32,000 nt of DNA from an uncultured Chloroflexia bacterium (lineage in GTDB: Bacteria > Chloroflexota > Anaerolineae > Anaerolineales > Anaerolineaceae). Position 1 is the stretch's first letter; each line of letters opens with the position of its first letter. Positions 17,335-25,844 of the stretch are shown here, piece by piece. Under the pieces are notes generated by a model. The model was not told the origin of the DNA, searched no databases, and saw nothing but the letters and a program-made list of their open reading frames with translations. Where the stretch lies: positions 3,870,001 to 3,902,000 of the forward strand of contig OY969938.1 in NCBI GenBank assembly GCA_963704755.1. Reading direction: 5' to 3'. The translations under genes were made by a program, and so were the position numbers.

Positions 17335-17880
17335 CTATTCGTACCGAGCGATTTGCGAGGCGAGTCGAGAGAACAGGCGCTCACCGGCGACGGAGAGCGA
17401 GCCGATGATCAGGATGCGGATGATCCAGACCATCAGCGCTACGAAGACCGGTACGACGTTAACCAGGGTTTCTTTATCCACCACGCTGGTGCTGCTCAAG
17501 GAATGGCTGGTGATGGCCAGAGAGACACCCCACCAGGTCAGGATAGCATTCATGGTGGCAGCCAGCATCCAGGCCCCCAGGAGGTACCAGACTTCTTTGG
17601 GTTCCTCGGCCCCTTGCTCGGGGGTGAACAGGCGGGCGATACCGGCGAAGTCGATGCCGCAAAATGCAATCGAGAGGATGGTGGACCAGCGGATACCGGC
17701 AAACCGCAGGTCGCCAAGCAGATCGCGCAAGGCATAGTCGGTGGTCGAGAAGTTGAATAGCTCGAATGCGATCAGCGCCGAAAGGATGATCAGGCCAAAA
17801 AACAGCCCCGGACGCAGCTTGATGTTTTTCATTGATAAGGAGAACGGTTTTCCATTTGAACGCGAAGCAGAGATATTCAT
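17335..17880 (-). CDS. Hypothetical integral membrane protein (about 4 predicted TM helices)
   Basis: 181-aa ORF with hydrophobic segments 'GLFFGLIILSALIAFELF', 'WSTILSIAFCGIDFAGI', 'VWYLLGAWMLAATMNAILTWW' and 'VVPVFVALMVWIIRILIIGSL'. AAGGAAG SD before the ATG at 17880. I recognise no family. Confidence 0.55.
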   Translation of the reverse strand: MNISASRSNGKPFSLSMKNIKLRPGLFFGLIILSALIAFELFNFSTTDYALRDLLGDLRFAGIRWSTILSIAFCGIDFAGIARLFTPEQGAEEPKEVWYLLGAWMLAATMNAILTWWGVSLAITSHSLSSTSVVDKETLVNVVPVFVALMVWIIRILIIGSLSVAGERLFSRLASQIARYE

Positions 17881-18022
17881 GGGACACTTCCTTGTAGGTG
17901 ACTAATAGAACAGAATTTCAATTATTATAGAACAAGCATTCTAAGAAGTCAATAGGGTAATCTAAGGAGATTTAGGGGTGATTTTAAGGTGGCGTAGCCC
18001 GGCTTTCAAAGCCGGGACTATG

Positions 18023-18232
18023 GCCCAAATCGATGAATGATCTTGGCTGGCAGGACAGATCGACTGGCTGAAAAGCATCTGGCTTATGCCTGGTGATTTA
18101 AGAATGTTCTAATTGCCTCCCGGCTTAGCCCAAATCGATGAATGATCTTGGCTGGCAGGACAGATCGACTGGCTGAAAAGCATCTGGCTTATGCCTGGTG
18201 ATTTATGAATGTTCTAATTGCCTCCCGGCTTA
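18023..18232. repeat. Tandem duplication, 2 x 105 bp, with one mismatch
   Basis: Copies at 18023-18127 and 18128-18232 are identical except A/T at 18101/18206. Each ends in CCTCCCGGCTTA, half of a REP-like hairpin. Confidence 0.95.
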
Positions 18233-18270
18233 GAAAGCCGGGCTACATGACCGGGCTACAACGCAATTAT

Positions 18271-18324
18271 CAACGAGATAAAAAAAATCCCTGCCGGCTG
18301 GCAGGGATTTTTTTTATCTCGTTG
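18271..18324. terminator. Perfect 25-bp-arm palindrome with internal A8/T8 runs, directly after the peptidase stop
   Basis: CAACGAGATAAAAAAAATCCCTGCC, loop GGCT, GGCAGGGATTTTTTTTATCTCGTTG. The core, CCCTGCC-GGCT-GGCAGGG plus a T-run, behaves as a bidirectional intrinsic terminator. Confidence 0.7.
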
Positions 18325-18330
18325 TGTTCT

Positions 18331-19428
18331 TTAGGGTAGGACGTACCAGGGGTTGATGAACCCACCCATGAAGCGAACTTCGAAGTGCAGATGCGGGCCG
18401 GTAGAGTTACCGGTGCTGCCCGATCGGGCAATGACCTGGCCCTGATAGACACTGGCGCCGCAGGAGACGTTGATCACCGAAAGGTGGGCGTACAGGGTCT
18501 GGTAGCCGTTGCCATGGTCGATCATGACCATGTTTCCATAACCACCACTGATCGCTCCGGCGTACACCACTACACCGCTGTCGGCAGCATAGACCGGGTC
18601 ACCGGTCAGGGCAGCGATGTCGATGCCCAGGTGGCCGGACCAGAAATCGTTACCGGAAAGCACATGCTGGTTGGCCGGCCAGACGAACGTGCCGGTACCA
18701 TAAGCACCGCCGGCGCTGGTATCGCAAGCACCCGGACCGATGATGGTTACGTTGACGCCTGCCGGACCGCGTGGGATAGTCGGGACGACCCAGGTTTGCA
18801 GCTCGCGCTGGCCATCCGGGACCATGATCATGGTTCCGGCTTTTATTTGCGGGTTCACCAGATCGAGATGGTTACCGGGGTAAAGTAGGATTTTGTCGGC
18901 CGTTGTCTTGTATTTTTCAGCGACCTTTTCGATGGTATCCCCGTCAGCCCAGGTATACAATAACCCGTCTATGGGGGGAATGAGCAAGTTTTGTCCAATG
19001 GAGAGGGACTGAGGATCGTCATGGAGCACGTCGTAATTTGACCAGAGGACCAATTCCGGATGAAGATCGAACTGGGTGGCAATCCCAAAAACCAAATCAC
19101 CGCTTTGTACGGTGTAGGTGATGGGTTCATCCCGTCCCTGTTCGGAGATAATCGTCTGGATATTGGCCAGCCGGGCGAGAGAAGTAACCCCGGAAGCCGG
19201 CGCATAGGCCGGTAAAGCCACATTCATCGATTCATTTGGCAAATCCACGGCTGGGTCAGCCGATACTGTGCTGGCGGTCAAATCGACCACACCCATGCGG
19301 GTTAGCACGAACAAGACCATTAGCGCGACCATGATGATCGCAATTCCCCACGACACTTTTGAGGACCAGCCTGAGCCTGTTTTCTCTGGTTTGGCTGCCT
19401 CGGGTCGAGTGGAAGCAGATTGGGTCAC
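18331..19428 (-). CDS. LysM-domain M23-family metallopeptidase (membrane-anchored)
   Basis: C-terminal M23 signature 'HLGIDIAA...GNMVMIDHGNGYQTLYAHL...GSTGNSTGPHLHFEV'. Two LysM-like segments ('YTVQSGDLVFGIATQF', 'YTWADGDTIEKVAEKY') and a TM helix. Start proposed at GTG 19428 with GGAGGA upstream, overlapping the rho stop as GTGA. The track start at 19578 would overlap rho by 154 nt. Confidence 0.8.
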   Translation of the reverse strand: MTQSASTRPEAAKPEKTGSGWSSKVSWGIAIIMVALMVLFVLTRMGVVDLTASTVSADPAVDLPNESMNVALPAYAPASGVTSLARLANIQTIISEQGRDEPITYTVQSGDLVFGIATQFDLHPELVLWSNYDVLHDDPQSLSIGQNLLIPPIDGLLYTWADGDTIEKVAEKYKTTADKILLYPGNHLDLVNPQIKAGTMIMVPDGQRELQTWVVPTIPRGPAGVNVTIIGPGACDTSAGGAYGTGTFVWPANQHVLSGNDFWSGHLGIDIAALTGDPVYAADSGVVVYAGAISGGYGNMVMIDHGNGYQTLYAHLSVINVSCGASVYQGQVIARSGSTGNSTGPHLHFEVRFMGGFINPWYVLP

Positions 19429-20699
19429 ATATCCTCCGTGAGGTTCTCCAGGAACTCCATATTTGTTTTGGTACGTGAGACGCGCTGCATAATGGCTTCG
19501 GTGGCTACCGAAGGGTCCATACCGGCGCCTTGTGGCGGTTGGCCGATCATTTGCAAATACATCCGGCGCATCAACCACACACGCTGAAGCACGTCCGGTC
19601 CCAGGAGAAGTTCCTCCCGCCGTGTCGAGGAGCGTTCCAGGTCGATGGCCGGAAAGATTCTGCGTTCCTGTAAGCGACGGGAAAGGTGGAGTTCCATATT
19701 TCCAGTGCCTTTGAATTCTTCGTAAACAACATCATCCAGGCGCGAGCCGGTATCGACCAGGGCGGTCGCGATGATAGTCAGCGAGCCGCCTTCCTCGATG
19801 TTACGGGCAGCGCCAAAAAAGCGTTTCGGTGGGTAAAGAGCTGAAGGATCCATACCGCCGGACAGGGTTCGTCCGGAAGGGTTGACGACCAGGTTGTAGG
19901 CCCGAGCCAACCGGGTAAGTGAGTTTAACAATATTACCACATCCCGGCCTATTTCGACCAATCGTTTCGCCCGCTCCAGGGTGATTTCGGCGGTGCGGAC
20001 GTGCGAGGTCACTGGCTCGTCGAAGGTGGAAGCGACCACCTCGGCTTCGACCGAGCGGTCCATGTCGGTGACCTCTTCCGGGCGTTCGCCGATCAAGGCG
20101 ATGATCAGGTGAACATCCGGGTTTTTGGCAGAGATGGCGTTGGCCACCTGCTTCATAATGGTCGTTTTACCGGCTTTCGGTGGAGAAACGATCATGCCGC
20201 GTTGGCCACGTCCAATCGGCGCGATCAGGTTAATTAAGCGATTAGAAAGCACCGAACGATCTGTTTCCAGGTCGAAGCGCGTTTCCGGAAAAATCGGGGT
20301 CAATTTTTCGAAGTAGGGCCGATCGTGGGCTTCTTCGGGAGACATCCCATTGATCGTTTCTACCTTGAGCAGCCCGTAATGCCGCTCGGCCTCACGCGGA
20401 GGGCGGACGGCGCCAATGACCAGGTCGCCATTGCGCAATTCATATCGACGAAGCTGCGCCTGCGACACATACACATCATCAGGCCCAACCTGGTAATTTG
20501 TCCTTAAAAATCCGATACCTTCTTGCATGATTTCCAAAATACCGCCGCGGACTTCGTCTCCTTCTTTTTCGGCGTTGGCTTGGCGGATACGTAGGATCAG
20601 ATTTTCTTTTTTGAGGCGGTTAGCGTTTGGAACGTTCAGCTCTTTGGCGATATCACGCAACGCGATCAGAGGTGAATTTTCTAATTCGGTAAAGTCCAT
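19425..20699 (-). CDS. rho: Transcription termination factor Rho
   Basis: 424 aa. Rho_N 'LIALRDIAKELNVPNANRLKKENLILRI', cold-shock-like RNA-binding 'GILEIMQEGIGFLR', Walker A 'PPKAGKTT', and a conserved C-terminal region. Confidence 0.95.
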   Translation of the reverse strand: MDFTELENSPLIALRDIAKELNVPNANRLKKENLILRIRQANAEKEGDEVRGGILEIMQEGIGFLRTNYQVGPDDVYVSQAQLRRYELRNGDLVIGAVRPPREAERHYGLLKVETINGMSPEEAHDRPYFEKLTPIFPETRFDLETDRSVLSNRLINLIAPIGRGQRGMIVSPPKAGKTTIMKQVANAISAKNPDVHLIIALIGERPEEVTDMDRSVEAEVVASTFDEPVTSHVRTAEITLERAKRLVEIGRDVVILLNSLTRLARAYNLVVNPSGRTLSGGMDPSALYPPKRFFGAARNIEEGGSLTIIATALVDTGSRLDDVVYEEFKGTGNMELHLSRRLQERRIFPAIDLERSSTRREELLLGPDVLQRVWLMRRMYLQMIGQPPQGAGMDPSVATEAIMQRVSRTKTNMEFLENLTEDM

Positions 20700-20921
20700 T
20701 TTTGTGAAATCCGTTTTGACAGATATTGAGATTAAACAAACGCATCGCTATACGATGAGGATGTGGGGAAAGTTCTTATTGAATTAAGGTTTCTTGGGGT
20801 AAATTTATCTCGATTGTGTGAAATGGGTGAACAGGAACTATTCACCCGCCTTAATTACAGAGATTATATCATGCAAAAAAGGGGGATGCAAGAAAGGGTC
20901 TCAGCCCCAGTTATGGCTTTC

Positions 20922-21281
20922 TCAAGAAAGGGAGACACACCGGACTTTCCATATATCGGCCGCCTGAAGAACGTTAGCCAGCCCTGTCAGGGTTGCCTGT
21001 ATATCAGTTACCAGGTCAAGTGCAGAAACACCGCGCGGCATCCACCCGGTAACAAGGTGAATCACTCCGCTAATGGGGTATTTCTGGCCAAGCGTGTTCA
21101 ACCCCGCGAAGTCCGTTACATCCAGCGGCTCGATAAAAATTCGTTTGCCGACCTGATCTTTGAGAAATTCTGGGATTATGGTCGTATGGTGCTGCGTCAG
21201 GACGCAGTCTTCGTCTATTTCAAGTAATGCCCGGGCAGTATTCACCCCGACAAAGCCAGGACCACCGGTAATCAGGATCAT
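20922..21281 (-). pseudogene. Truncated NAD-dependent epimerase/dehydratase (NmrA/SDR-like); only about 119 N-terminal residues
   Basis: 'MILITGGPGFVGVNTARALL' Rossmann motif. The ORF stops after '...VRCVSLS', where full-length family members (about 300 aa) continue. I found no continuation in other frames downstream. Confidence 0.6.
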
Positions 21282-21299
21282 GATTTTCTCCTGTTGTCG

Positions 21300-21446
21300 T
21301 TATTTTTCCAGGTTATGGATTGCTTTCTCTAATACTTCGCGCGCCATTTCCTCTTCCTCGGCGTTGATTTCCTTATGCATGCGCTTACGTACAGCCAGGA
21401 TCGGGTCAGGGAGGGATTCCCACAATTGCTGCCCCTCTGGGGTCAT
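21300..21446 (-). CDS. Small ORF (48 aa from the ATG with an AAGGAG SD; 62 aa from an upstream TTG), possibly a MarR-like C-terminal remnant
   Basis: 'MTPEGQQLWESLPDPILAVRKRMHKEINAEEEEMAREVLEKAIHNLEK' resembles the wing and C-terminal helix of MarR-type regulators, which normally run about 150 aa. An in-frame TGA lies 5 codons upstream of the TTG. Confidence 0.3.
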   Translation of the reverse strand: MTPEGQQLWESLPDPILAVRKRMHKEINAEEEEMAREVLEKAIHNLEK

Positions 21447-21538
21447 GTACAGCTCCTTGAAATTGCCCAGGTACCTGGGTATTGTCAAGGATGCTTTTAT
21501 TCAGGTCGTTGAAAAAGTTGCTTGTTGAAAAAAGGTCA

Positions 21539-21583
21539 GGGGATATGTAGCGGCGCGGCGAAGCCGCGCCGCTACATATCCCC
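21539..21583. terminator. Perfect 21-bp-arm palindrome with a GAA loop, downstream of the GH31 gene
   Basis: GGGGATATGTAGCGGCGCGGC-GAA-GCCGCGCCGCTACATATCCCC. Flanked further out by GTTGAAAAA ... TTTTTCAAC. Confidence 0.6.
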
Positions 21584-21629
21584 GATATTTCTTTAAGCGG
21601 AGACGTTTTTCAACACGCACCTTTTTGTT

Positions 21630-23951
21630 TTATACCTCGATCGTCAGCGCCTGGCTGCCCTCCGCAGGCGTGACCAGGGTCCCGTCTGGTTCGGCCTGGA
21701 AAGCGCCGCCCCGCACCAATTTTATCGCGGCTACACCGCGCAAGAGCAGTTGCCAGGATTGGTTTTTCCCTTCTGCCTGGGCGGTAATTTTCCCATCTGC
21801 TTTGCGGACGTTCACCGTCAGGGCGGTGGAGCCGTCCAGGGCAGGGATGCTGACGCTGAGATTGGCGTTTTCTGCCAGCTCGAAGGCGTGAATTCTGACG
21901 CCGTGAGCGTAATCGTAATCTGGTTTTTCTTCGTTTTCTCCTACACCAACCAGCGAGTTGGGCCGGGCCAGCAAGGGCAGGCTGAGATAACCGTGTTTTT
22001 CGTGCTGCCAGCCCCCGCCCTCGACGACCTCGCCGCTGATGAAGCGGGTCCAGCGGCCGGCCGGCAGGTAATAATCTACTTCCCCATCCGGGGAAAAGAT
22101 CGGGGCGACCAGTAGATTTTCACCCAGCATATACTGCCGGTCGAGGTAATCACAGCCCGGATCGTGAGAGAATTCAAGAAGCATGGCGCGCATCACCGGG
22201 GTACCTTGCTGGTTGGCCTGGCAAGCTGCCTGGAAGATGTAGGGCATCAGGCGGCACTTCAGCCGGGTAAAGAAGCGCAGTACGTCCACGGCTTCCTCGT
22301 CGAACAGCCAGGGCACGCGATACGAATTGCTGCCATGTAGCCGGCTGTGCGAAGAAAGCAGTCCGAAAGCGCACCAGCGTTTGTACAGGTCGGCAGTGGC
22401 CGTCTGCTCGAATCCGCCAATATCGTGGCTCCAAAACCCAAAACCGGACAGAGTCAGGGACAGCCCGCCGCGCAGGCTCTCCGCCATCGACTCGTATGAG
22501 GCAGCGTTATCCCCGCCCCAATGGACCGGGAACTGCTGTGAACCGGCAGTCGCCGAGCGGGCGAACACTACCGCCTGGCCCTGGCCATATTTCTCCTTGA
22601 GTACATTGAAAACGGTCTGGTTATAGAGAAAGGCGTAATAATTGTGCATTTTGAGCGGGTCTGAGCCGTCTGAATAGACCACATCCACGGGGATGCGTTC
22701 GGCAAAGTCGGTCTTGAAAGCGTTTACCCCCAGGTCGAGCAAGGCGCGCAGCTTGGCCGCAAACCATTCACGGGCGGACGGATTGGTGAAATCGATCAAT
22801 CCCATGCCGGCCTGCCACATATCCCATTGCCAGACACTCCCGTCAGGACGTTTGAGCAGGTACCCGTTTTGGGCTCCTTCATCGAAAAGAGGCGATTGTT
22901 GGGCCACGTATGGGTTCAGCCACAAACAAACCCGCAGCCCGCGCGATTTTAGCCTGGCCAGCGTCCCGGCCGGGTTGGGAAAGCGGCGCAGATCCCACTG
23001 CAAATCGATCCAGTGGAGTTCACGCATCCAAAAGCAATCAAAGTGGAACACGTGCAGCGGCAGATTGCGTTCCGCCATGCCGTCGACCAGTTCGATCACG
23101 CTATTTTCATCGTAATCGGTGGTGAAGGAGGTGGAAAGCCACAAGCCGAACGACCAGGCCGGCGGTAAAGCCGGACGGCCTGTGAGGGCAGTATACCGGT
23201 CGAGCACCTCTTTTGGGGAGGGCCCATAGATCAGGTAATATTCGAGGCTTTCGCCGTCGACACTGAATTGAACGCGTTCGACTTTTTCGGAAGCCACCTC
23301 GAAGGAGACTTTCTCGGGGTGGTTGACGAAAACACCATAGCCACGGTTCGTCAGGTAGAAAGGCACGTTCTTGTAGGCCTGTTCACTGCCGGTGCCGCCA
23401 TCTTCGTTCCATACATCGACTTCCTGCCCATTCTTGACAAAGGCGGCAAACCTTTCCCCCAGACCGTAGACACATTCCCCGACCGACAGGGATAGTTGTT
23501 CGACCATAAAACGCTGGCCGTCGCTGGTATCCATATACCCCATGGCTTGCGGACCGGTACCGGTGATGTGTTTCTCCCCGTCCAGAAACTCGATTTTCCA
23601 GTCCGGCCCTTTGTCGATACGTACGCTCAACTGGCCGCTGGTCAACCGCGCAGCAGTAGAATCTTCTTCGATGTGCACGACCGGTTTCGGCTGGGATTCC
23701 AGGACAAATTGGGGCGGCAGGGAGAGGGCGCCCTTGTGGTGGAAGATTTGTACCCGGATGACATTGGCCATGGGTGAGGAGAAGCGCACCGTCAGCAGGC
23801 CGATGTCGGTCAAGTCTCGCAGGCTTTGGATCTGCCGGAGCGGCCCGTAAGCAGTCAGGGAATCATTGGAGATTTCTACTTCGTAGACCTGGGCAGGATA
23901 ATGCGGGGTGACGTTTGGACGGATTTTCCAATAGCCGTCGGTAAATTTCAT
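21630..23951 (-). CDS. Glycoside hydrolase family 31 (alpha-xylosidase / alpha-glucosidase, YicI-like)
   Basis: 773 aa. 'MKFTDGYWKIRPNV...' N-terminus, catalytic-region motifs 'KTDFAERIP' and 'HWGGDN', 'WSHDIGGF'. AGGAG SD. Confidence 0.9.
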   Translation of the reverse strand: MKFTDGYWKIRPNVTPHYPAQVYEVEISNDSLTAYGPLRQIQSLRDLTDIGLLTVRFSSPMANVIRVQIFHHKGALSLPPQFVLESQPKPVVHIEEDSTAARLTSGQLSVRIDKGPDWKIEFLDGEKHITGTGPQAMGYMDTSDGQRFMVEQLSLSVGECVYGLGERFAAFVKNGQEVDVWNEDGGTGSEQAYKNVPFYLTNRGYGVFVNHPEKVSFEVASEKVERVQFSVDGESLEYYLIYGPSPKEVLDRYTALTGRPALPPAWSFGLWLSTSFTTDYDENSVIELVDGMAERNLPLHVFHFDCFWMRELHWIDLQWDLRRFPNPAGTLARLKSRGLRVCLWLNPYVAQQSPLFDEGAQNGYLLKRPDGSVWQWDMWQAGMGLIDFTNPSAREWFAAKLRALLDLGVNAFKTDFAERIPVDVVYSDGSDPLKMHNYYAFLYNQTVFNVLKEKYGQGQAVVFARSATAGSQQFPVHWGGDNAASYESMAESLRGGLSLTLSGFGFWSHDIGGFEQTATADLYKRWCAFGLLSSHSRLHGSNSYRVPWLFDEEAVDVLRFFTRLKCRLMPYIFQAACQANQQGTPVMRAMLLEFSHDPGCDYLDRQYMLGENLLVAPIFSPDGEVDYYLPAGRWTRFISGEVVEGGGWQHEKHGYLSLPLLARPNSLVGVGENEEKPDYDYAHGVRIHAFELAENANLSVSIPALDGSTALTVNVRKADGKITAQAEGKNQSWQLLLRGVAAIKLVRGGAFQAEPDGTLVTPAEGSQALTIEV

Positions 23952-24001
23952 CGTTGCAACTCCTAAACTGTATTTTTGTTACAAGTATTCCCGCATCAGA
24001 G

Positions 24002-24859
24002 TTATTTGATGCTTCCCGCGGTAATACCGCGTGTGAGCGTACGTTGGAAAAGAATGAAAAACAGGATGCAAGGCAGCATACCCAAAAGGGCCGAGGCACT
24101 GGAGGTGGTCACGTCCATGTTGTGTTGGCCCTGTAAAGTGGCTATAGCGATTGGCACGGTCTGGTTTGAACTGGAGACGAGCAGGATCAAGGGCAGGAAA
24201 AATTCATTCCAGGTCCAGATGAAGAAAAAGACGAACAATACCGAAAGGGTTGGCAGGCTGATCGGCAAAATGATTTTTGTTAACACCTGGAATTTGTTCG
24301 AGCCATCGATGACCGCGGCCTCGATAAGCTCGCGCGGAAATTCACTGAACACCGAGGTGAGTAGATAGGTGCCGAAGGCGCTCTGGATGACCGTGAATAC
24401 CAGCACGACGGCCAGCTTGGTATCGTATAAATGGACTGCTTTGGCAAAATAATACAGGGGATAGACCAATGCTTCATTGGGCATGAAATTGCCCAACAGG
24501 AACAAAACCAGCAGGAAGGCCCGTCCTTTGATTTTCCCAATCCCCAGGGCAAAGGCATTGAAAAGGGAAAGCACCACCCCGAAGACTGCCACCGCCAGGC
24601 TGATTTCGGCACTGTTGATCAATTTGGTGCCAAAGGATACCCAATTCCAGAAGGTGACCAGGCCATCCACATAAAAGCTCAACGGCAGGCTCATGGGGCC
24701 GTTACTGGCATAATCCTGAGGACTCTTGAAAGCATTCAGCCCCACAATGGCCAGGGGGTAGAGGGTGATGATAACCAGCAAGATCATGACGGCCAGCGAA
24801 AGGGATTTCTGCAGGCCGTATGTTCTCCGGCGTGGATACTCCACGTTAAGCGTCCTCAT
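24002..24859 (-). CDS. Carbohydrate ABC transporter permease (MalG-like)
   Basis: 285 aa, multi-TM, with the EAA-type loop 'ELIEAAVIDGSNKFQVLTKIILP'. Confidence 0.9.
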   Translation of the reverse strand: MRTLNVEYPRRRTYGLQKSLSLAVMILLVIITLYPLAIVGLNAFKSPQDYASNGPMSLPLSFYVDGLVTFWNWVSFGTKLINSAEISLAVAVFGVVLSLFNAFALGIGKIKGRAFLLVLFLLGNFMPNEALVYPLYYFAKAVHLYDTKLAVVLVFTVIQSAFGTYLLTSVFSEFPRELIEAAVIDGSNKFQVLTKIILPISLPTLSVLFVFFFIWTWNEFFLPLILLVSSSNQTVPIAIATLQGQHNMDVTTSSASALLGMLPCILFFILFQRTLTRGITAGSIK

Positions 24860-25757
24860 GAGAAAACTCCTGTTTTACCTGTAAGCGGATGAACAAGAAC
24901 GTCAACAACAGAATGATAATGGTCATGACTGTGGCAATGGTCGAGCCATAACCTACATTGGCCTGCTCGAACAGGGCCTGGTAGGTGTAATACGAAGGCA
25001 CGATCGTGGCCGACCCTGGCCCACCGCGAGTGAGGACGTAAATCTGGCCAAATAACTTAAGCGAGTAAATGGTGGTTGTGACGACCACCACGAAAACTTC
25101 GGGGCGAATTTGATGAATGGTGATGTAAAAAAATTTTTGCAGCCAGGTAGCCCCGTCCATCTCGGCTGCCTCTAATAATTCCGGATCGACCCGCTGCAGC
25201 GCGGCCATGAAAATCACCAGCGGATACCCAATTTGGAACCAGACCATGATCACCATCACCGCCGGCAGTGCAGTGGATGGGTCTCCCAGCCAGTTGCGGG
25301 CCAGGTTGTCCAGGCCGATCGAGGTCAGCGTGGCGTTGAGCGAACCCCAATTGGGGTTTAGAATCCAGCGCCAGACCACGCCGGCAATGGCGACGGGTAA
25401 AACCTGGGGAATGTACAGGGCAGCTTTGAAGAAATTGGCCAGTCCGGGGCTGAATTTGCGGGTAAAGTAATCGAACAAGAAGACCGAGATCAGTAACCCC
25501 AGGATGGTCGGGACGACGGTAACGGCCAAAATCATTACCAGGTTGTTGCGAAATGCGGCCCAGAACTTCAAATCCGAGACGGCCCGCGCGTAATTGGCCA
25601 GGCCGACCCAGACGGGTGGATTGACCCCATTCCATTTGGTGAAGCTGGCGGCGACGGTGACCAAAAAGGGCAGGATGATGATCACCGTCAAGCCGATCAA
25701 GCCAGGTATGAGAAAAGCCGCGAACCCGCGGTTTAAATACGTTTTTCTCCTAGCCAT
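24846..25757 (-). CDS. Carbohydrate ABC transporter permease (MalF-like)
   Basis: 303 aa with 'LLEAAEMDGATWLQKFFYITI'. Overlaps the downstream permease by 14 nt. Confidence 0.9.
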   Translation of the reverse strand: MARRKTYLNRGFAAFLIPGLIGLTVIIILPFLVTVAASFTKWNGVNPPVWVGLANYARAVSDLKFWAAFRNNLVMILAVTVVPTILGLLISVFLFDYFTRKFSPGLANFFKAALYIPQVLPVAIAGVVWRWILNPNWGSLNATLTSIGLDNLARNWLGDPSTALPAVMVIMVWFQIGYPLVIFMAALQRVDPELLEAAEMDGATWLQKFFYITIHQIRPEVFVVVVTTTIYSLKLFGQIYVLTRGGPGSATIVPSYYTYQALFEQANVGYGSTIATVMTIIILLLTFLFIRLQVKQEFSHEDA

Positions 25758-25774
25758 TTCGCCTCCTTGAAGAA

Positions 25775-25809
25775 AGGCAGTGCCTCAGGACCATCCGGAA
25801 GCACTGCCT
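25775..25809 (-). promoter_or_regulatory. Intercistronic stem-loop between the binding-protein and permease genes
   Basis: AGGCAGTGC, 17 nt, GCACTGCCT: a perfect 9-bp stem, followed in sense by TTCTTC and an AAGGAGG SD. This is the usual position of mRNA-stabilising or attenuating hairpins in ABC operons. Confidence 0.45.
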
Positions 25810-25844
25810 CCTGTGTTTTCTACTGCCGGTAAATTTGAGCTGCT

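Noticed and set aside
17127-17384. An 85-aa minus-strand ORF in the GC-rich 210-nt gap between the kinase gene and the membrane-protein gene.
   Set aside because: The Ser/Pro/Arg-rich sequence looks disordered. It overlaps the 3' end of the membrane-protein gene, has no SD and no recognisable domain. It could be a frameshifted C-terminal extension, but I cannot support that.
15011-19223. Antisense or alternative-frame ORFs within the response-regulator, kinase, membrane-protein and peptidase genes (for example 15011..15490-, 16083..16403-, 16542..16961-, 17278..17760+, 17474..17887-, 18385..18888+).
   Set aside because: They overlap better-supported genes and have low-complexity, GC-driven composition.
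20763-21227. A 154-aa plus-strand ORF upstream of rho.
   Set aside because: It is antisense to the epimerase fragment, which has a clear Rossmann motif, and has no recognisable motifs of its own.
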